From: Penicillus capitatus
Lineage: Eukaryota; Plantae; Chlorophyta
Direction of reading: 5' to 3'
Assembly (NCBI GenBank): GCA_965649825.1
Contig: OZ287700.1
Coordinates: forward strand, 1,302,001 to 1,366,000
DNA: 64,000 bases
The translations under genes were made by a program, and so were the position numbers. Below the pieces are notes generated by a model. It ran no database searches, was not told the DNA's origin, and saw only the letters and a program-made list of their open reading frames with translations. Numbering within the stretch: the first letter of the stretch is position 1; every line of letters begins with the position of its first letter. Below, piece by piece: positions 59,053 to 64,000 of this stretch.

Positions 59053-62000
59053 ATGCAACGCGTGTTTTTGGTCGACTTCGACGATCCTTCATTGGCATTC
59101 GAGGTAAGGGACTCGGAACTCGAGGCAGTCGAACGTACTGTGGTCCAGGTTGAAGTCGGAGAGTGCGTCGAGGTCTTCGCGGAGTACGGCGGTCTGCAGC
59201 GCAACGACAATCGCGTCTGGGTGTGCCGCGTTGTCGAGATTCGCAGCGTTCGTTTTCCCCAGAACCTACCCAACCGTATTTCCGTATGCATGTCAGAACG
59301 AGGAGTTTATCGCGCAGTGGTTCTGCGTCGCTAACGACGTTTTCGGCGGAGATCAGCTTCCGACGCTGGAAGCCATTTCGTTCGACGCACGCGAGCTTTT
59401 TCTGCAACCCAACGGAGAGAATGATGTCGTTCCGGTCGGCACGATTTACAGGTGTGAGCGTACAGCCGCCCTTCGCTGTTTGACTGTTGACTGTTTGGAC
59501 ACAGAAAGGTGAAGGTCGCCTTCTGCAACGCGGACAGCATTCCGACGGACACGGACTACTTCGTGCGCTTCACGTACGACGAACGCTTTCACAGCTTCCA
59601 GGACAGAGACCCTCGTTACTCGTCGGGGCCGAAGTCGGTGCGTTCAAGGCCTGCTCGCGCGGCCCTCGGAATGAGACCGCGCATGTGTGATGCGCAGGTC
59701 TACAATGTCTTGGAGTTGTACTGCGGATGTGGCGGATTCGGATTCATCTGCGGGGAGTCGGATGGGATCCGAATGGTCCCGACGCATGCCGTCGACTTCC
59801 ATCAGGACAGCTTGGACACGTACCAGCTGAATCACCCACAGACGAAGGTACTGCGTCCGCGAGAAAACCATGACTTATGCCGTCCCCCCAGACGCACGCC
59901 AGAAAGGTGGACGACTTCCTGGCCAACTGCAGGGGGTTTCACGGTCTGTGCGCGACGTACGGAGCCTACCTGCCGAGGGAAGAGCCCGTGGCAGAGTCGT
60001 CCGATGCGAAGATACTCGATCTCACGGGGCTGGAATCTGGGAAGCCCTTGGTCGGCCTCAGATCGCCGAATGGGCCGCCGGCGGAAGAATACGTTCCTCT
60101 CGCCGATGCACTGGAGGAGGGGCGCATCACGGTAGGAGACGTGAGGGGTTACCTCCGCAGAAAGAAGCAGGAGGGCGTCCTCCCCGTCCCGGGAGAGGTC
60201 GATGTCATCGTCGGAGGGCCCCCGTGCCAAGGGGTAAGTGTGGCCGTGGGCAGACTGGGCTGTCATGCTCAGTCGCTGTTCTGGTACCCAGCTGAGCGGA
60301 AAGAACAGGAATGTGGACACGTGGGACATCTTCTCCTGCCAGAGAAACTCCGAGATCAAGAACTTCGTCCAGGCCGTGGAGTTCTTCAAGCCCAGATTCG
60401 TCGTGCTGGAGAACGTCGCTGTGAGACCAGCCCGCAGTGCGACTCGTTGAGCCAAGCTCTCTGGTGCAGGAATCGATGGCGAGAGAAGAAGGCCTGTACA
60501 TGCGCTTCGCGGCGCTCAACCTGATCAAGCTGGGATACCAGCTGAGAATGGGCATCCTCTCTGCCGCCTGCTACGGGGCTCCGCAGGTACGGTGCGATCG
60601 TCCAGGCACACGGGTGGTCGGATCCTGCATTGGCAGATGCGGTTTCGGGCGTTCTTGATCGCGGCCCTCGGCGGCGTGGAACCACTGCCTCCCTTCCCGC
60701 ACCCGACGGTGTGTCCTCCGGAGAACGAGTTCCGGACCCGGGCGAACAACCTGTCGAAGATGGCAAAGGTGAGACCGGCGGTGTCGGCGTTGCCGGTGTG
60801 TTAGCCCTGCTGCTTGCAGCCATGTGTCGTGGATGTCGATGAAAGAAGGAAGGGATTGCTGCCTCCGGCGACCTTGCTCTGGGACGCACTGGAGGACCTG
60901 CCGGAGGTCACCAGCTTTGACCTGACCGAGTCTGTGCCGTACGGGTGAGGTGCCTTCGCCGCGGAATGGATCTGACGTCTTCCTCAGAATGCCGGCGCAG
61001 AGACCCTACCAGTGTTACCTCAGGATGAACGAGCACGACAGCGAGGGCTGGAGGGGCAAGGCGCAGCTCTTCCTGGATGTGCTTTACAGAGACGTCCTCG
61101 CCAGAATCGGCAACCTACGGGCGATATGCGATGCGCAGCACACGCCGAATGGGGCGAACGTAAGACGACGCCCCTCCGTTCTTCCCTCGTCTGATGTTTG
61201 TGGTCAGTTGGCGCTTGGAGAGTACTTCCAGCCATTCGGAGCGCTGAAACAGGAGGTCGGAACATCGTCCACGAGGACCTCCGCGTCGACGGTCTGCTCT
61301 TCAGGTCTGGAACCTCTACGTCAGAGGGAAGTCGCCCGAGGAGATGGCCGCGCTCAACAAGGTCAGAGATCAGGTCGTCCAGGGGGCAGGACAGACGGTA
61401 CTCGAACGCGCATTGCACCGAGGGCGACGGTCCTGCTGCAGATCAAGGCGCTGATGGACGCCTTCAGCACGGAGTACCAAGGCCCCTGCATCAACCACCG
61501 CTGCTCTCCCATCTCCGTCGGGGCGTGGCTGAGAATTCAGATGATTTCGAAGGACGGAGGCGATTTCACGTCCCTTCCCGGCGTCGTGAAGCACGAGGAG
61601 TGTAAGGTCCCGTTCCACCGGATTCCGTCCGGACGGAGCTCTGCCCTCAGACGTCTGCGTGGGACACACGCACGGGTTCAGAAGAAGCACGCGCAACGGA
61701 AAGGAAAGGATCTTGGCGCGGTGTGAGGGATACACCGACGGACAGAACGGGGCGATCTCGCGCCTGAGCGATCGCCGATGCGCTGCGCAGACCTTCATGC
61801 TGCCGACGAAGGAGGTCATGATCACGAGGTGATCGCCATCAGTCACGTCATCCAGTCCGACGGCGCTTCGCTGTCAGGTGGATGGTCAACCAAGTCAATC
61901 GACGGCACGCGAATCCGCGGAGGACGTTCGGCAGGTTGAAGAGAAACGACATCTTCGGCACACTGCTGACGGAAGTGTCGCCTTCATGCGGATACGCCGT

Positions 62001-62542
62001 CATCCATCCGTTCCAAGACAGATACATCTCGGTGCGAGAGGCAGCACGGATCCAGGTGTACCCGTCTCCCGATCACGTGCCCGCCCATGAGTTCGACGCG
62101 CTTGCGGTCGCAGGGGTTCCCCGATGACTACATGTTTGTGGCGCGCGAGCGGCTCTCTTCGTCGACGGACAAGACCGCCAAAAACGTGGCATCGCGATTC
62201 AAGCAGATCGGCAACTCCGTGTCGCCGCCGCTCGCTTCCATGATAGGCGAGACGCGGAGCGGCATCCTGGTTTTCTTCATTTCTGCTTCTGACAGGTCGG
62301 TGCATCAGAAGGAGCGCGCAAGAGAGGAAAGCGGGGAAGCAGCCGGCTGTGATGCACATTCCGGATCCGCGATGGACGGAGGTGCGATCCGCCCTGCTGT
62401 GTGCAGGACGAAGCGTGTTCTGCAGGCCACCAGGAAGGCAACGAAGCCCTGTTTCTTCTACGAAAGCGGAAGAGTGGAGACCGTGATCGAAGTGTCCGAT
62501 TTTTTTGACAGCGACCTCGGCGAAGATGTCGATACAGACTGA
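59053..62542 (+). CDS. CMT: Chromomethylase-like C5-cytosine DNA methyltransferase (BAH + MTase), many short exons; start uncertain
   Basis: BAH domain; motif I LELYCGCGG; motif IV VLPVPGEVDVIVGGPPCQG; VI VVLENV; VIII YGAPQMRFRAF; IX/X IHPFQDRYISVREAARIQGFPD..QIGNSVSPP. Confidence 0.9.
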
Positions 62543-63690
62543 GGAGTTGTTCTGTCTGGATGCTTTTGCTGGGGGCAGACTTTTTTTGTTTCGAGTACTA
62601 CTCGCTGTTCGGCTGTAGCGGATTGCACACGATGTTCAATTGCACTCCTTTTACGCATCGCAATGTCGTAGACTCCGATCGGAGCACCGCGCTTCCAAAG
62701 TTGCAGGTGGCCTGTGAGCGCGACAGAGTCGAGAGAGCGATGCGTGGCAGAATCGTCGGACCTCTGTCGCTGCAGACCGGCGATTGCGAAAAGGACGGCT
62801 CTTGGCGCAAAGCACTCGCACTGCAGTCGACAGAATACGGAAAGATGCCGAAAACCGTGTCATCGAGAAAGAGGAGTGCATTGACAGATCTCGCACTTTC
62901 CCAGGTCGGGACAGACGACCATAGCGACACGACGTTCGTTGATCGCATACTGAGTCGTTCTTCGCGGCGGACAACGCGAATGAAATCTCACACCGGGTCA
63001 TGCCCGCTGCTTCAAAAACGGACGTGACCAGAAATTCTTGTCCATATCGCTCAACAGATGTCCGACTTCAAGCATCGTCTCCTCTATTCTCCTGCCTTCG
63101 AACGTAGATTTCTGAACGGGAGCAGGATTGGACTGCCACACTAACTGCGAAGGAATACCAAACGAAGGACCTGCACAAAGATCAGTCGACTGACTCATCG
63201 TCCCCGAGCGGGAGACGAAGACGAGCCTTGACGGATTGGATGAGACGTCGAAGAACCTGTTATCATCGTTTGACCCAATAGATATCGAAGCCTCGATCTT
63301 TGCGTGTTTCACTTGGTCGTTCGTTCGGTTGCCGATGTCCCTCCCGTCCGACATCCGACACGCCGGCCTCCATCTCGTCTGTTTTTTCCAAACTGACAAA
63401 CCAGCGAAAGCGTAACCCGTCAGTCGGAGGCGACACCGTTCCTTTGTCGTGTAGGAATTCATTCGAGAAGAAACGCGACGTGTGACTGAATTCTTTGAAA
63501 GCGGACTCGAGAATAGAATTTCGGTCGTGCAGCATGTCGGTGAATGGTGGGTGGTGTTACTGCGACAGGGATGACGTGACGCCACACTTGCTGTCCTACG
63601 AGAACAGGCATAATTCAATTAAAGATATCTCATTCGGTTACACACCTCTCTCTACGCACCGACTACTCGCGCTTTTCGTCTTTTGCTGTG

Positions 63691-64000
63691 ATGGGCCAGA
63701 AGTTGACAAAAGAGCCAAAAACCGATTCATGGTCTTTGCCGCCTTTGGTAGTCGATAAAGTCGTTTTCGTACTTAAGCAAACGCGAAGATGGAGACTGGA
63801 CGGTCCGTCGCTGAGATTGCTCAACAAGCAATGGTCTCGCCTCATCGACCAGCACATCTTCGAAGTCCGTCCGCACCCTGTCCGTCGTCTCGTCGTTGAA
63901 GATATCGCGTCGTTGCGAAAGTTTGCACGGCTGACGTCTCTGGATGTTGGACCTTTTATCCTTCCGGACGTCAAACCGTTGATTTCACTGGCATCTGCCG
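63691..64000 (+). CDS. F-box/LRR protein, partial (runs off window), N-terminus MGQKLT
   Basis: MGQKLTKEPKTDSWSLPPLVVDKVVFVL..SLRLLNKQWSRLI..SLRKFARLTSLDVGP; open to the window end, hence absent from the ORF track. Confidence 0.75.
   Translation, partial: MGQKLTKEPKTDSWSLPPLVVDKVVFVLKQTRRWRLDGPSLRLLNKQWSRLIDQHIFEVRPHPVRRLVVEDIASLRKFARLTSLDVGPFILPDVKPLISLASA

Larger units (their letters stand above)
53074..59628. repeat. Right arm of the inverted repeat
   Basis: Reverse complement of 1-6551. Confidence 0.98.

Noticed and set aside
62598-63618. Minus-strand ORFs downstream of CMT (116-206 aa)
   Set aside because: No motifs and no convincing start or splice model; left uncalled.

Overview
This is a compact, intron-containing eukaryotic nuclear region using the standard code, with introns mostly about 40-60 bp. 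Plastid starch genes (SSIII, PWD) and a chromomethylase-type DNA methyltransferase point to a green alga; the lineage cannot be fixed from sequence alone. The dominant structure is a large inverted repeat (IR): 1-6551 is the reverse complement of 53074-59628, and the left arm runs off the window. Each arm carries TOP1, WDR83/MORG1, an F-box/LysM gene and the 5' (BAH) part of a CMT-like gene, whose full copy is at 59053-62542. The arms enclose a unique ~46.5 kb segment. It holds IPC synthase, three N-myristoylation-motif LRR paralogues (a fourth relative starts at 63691), TraB-domain, DUF3754, rho-like GST, a compound satellite island, a 3'-truncated SSIII joined tail-to-tail to a broken XRN1-like gene, a Kazal-like peptide, decayed TPR genes, a multi-TM/LRR fusion, a non-RD TKL kinase, a SETD6-like gene, a CBM20-less PWD and a secreted patatin-like gene. 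Exon boundaries and family assignments were made by eye from motifs; no database search was run.
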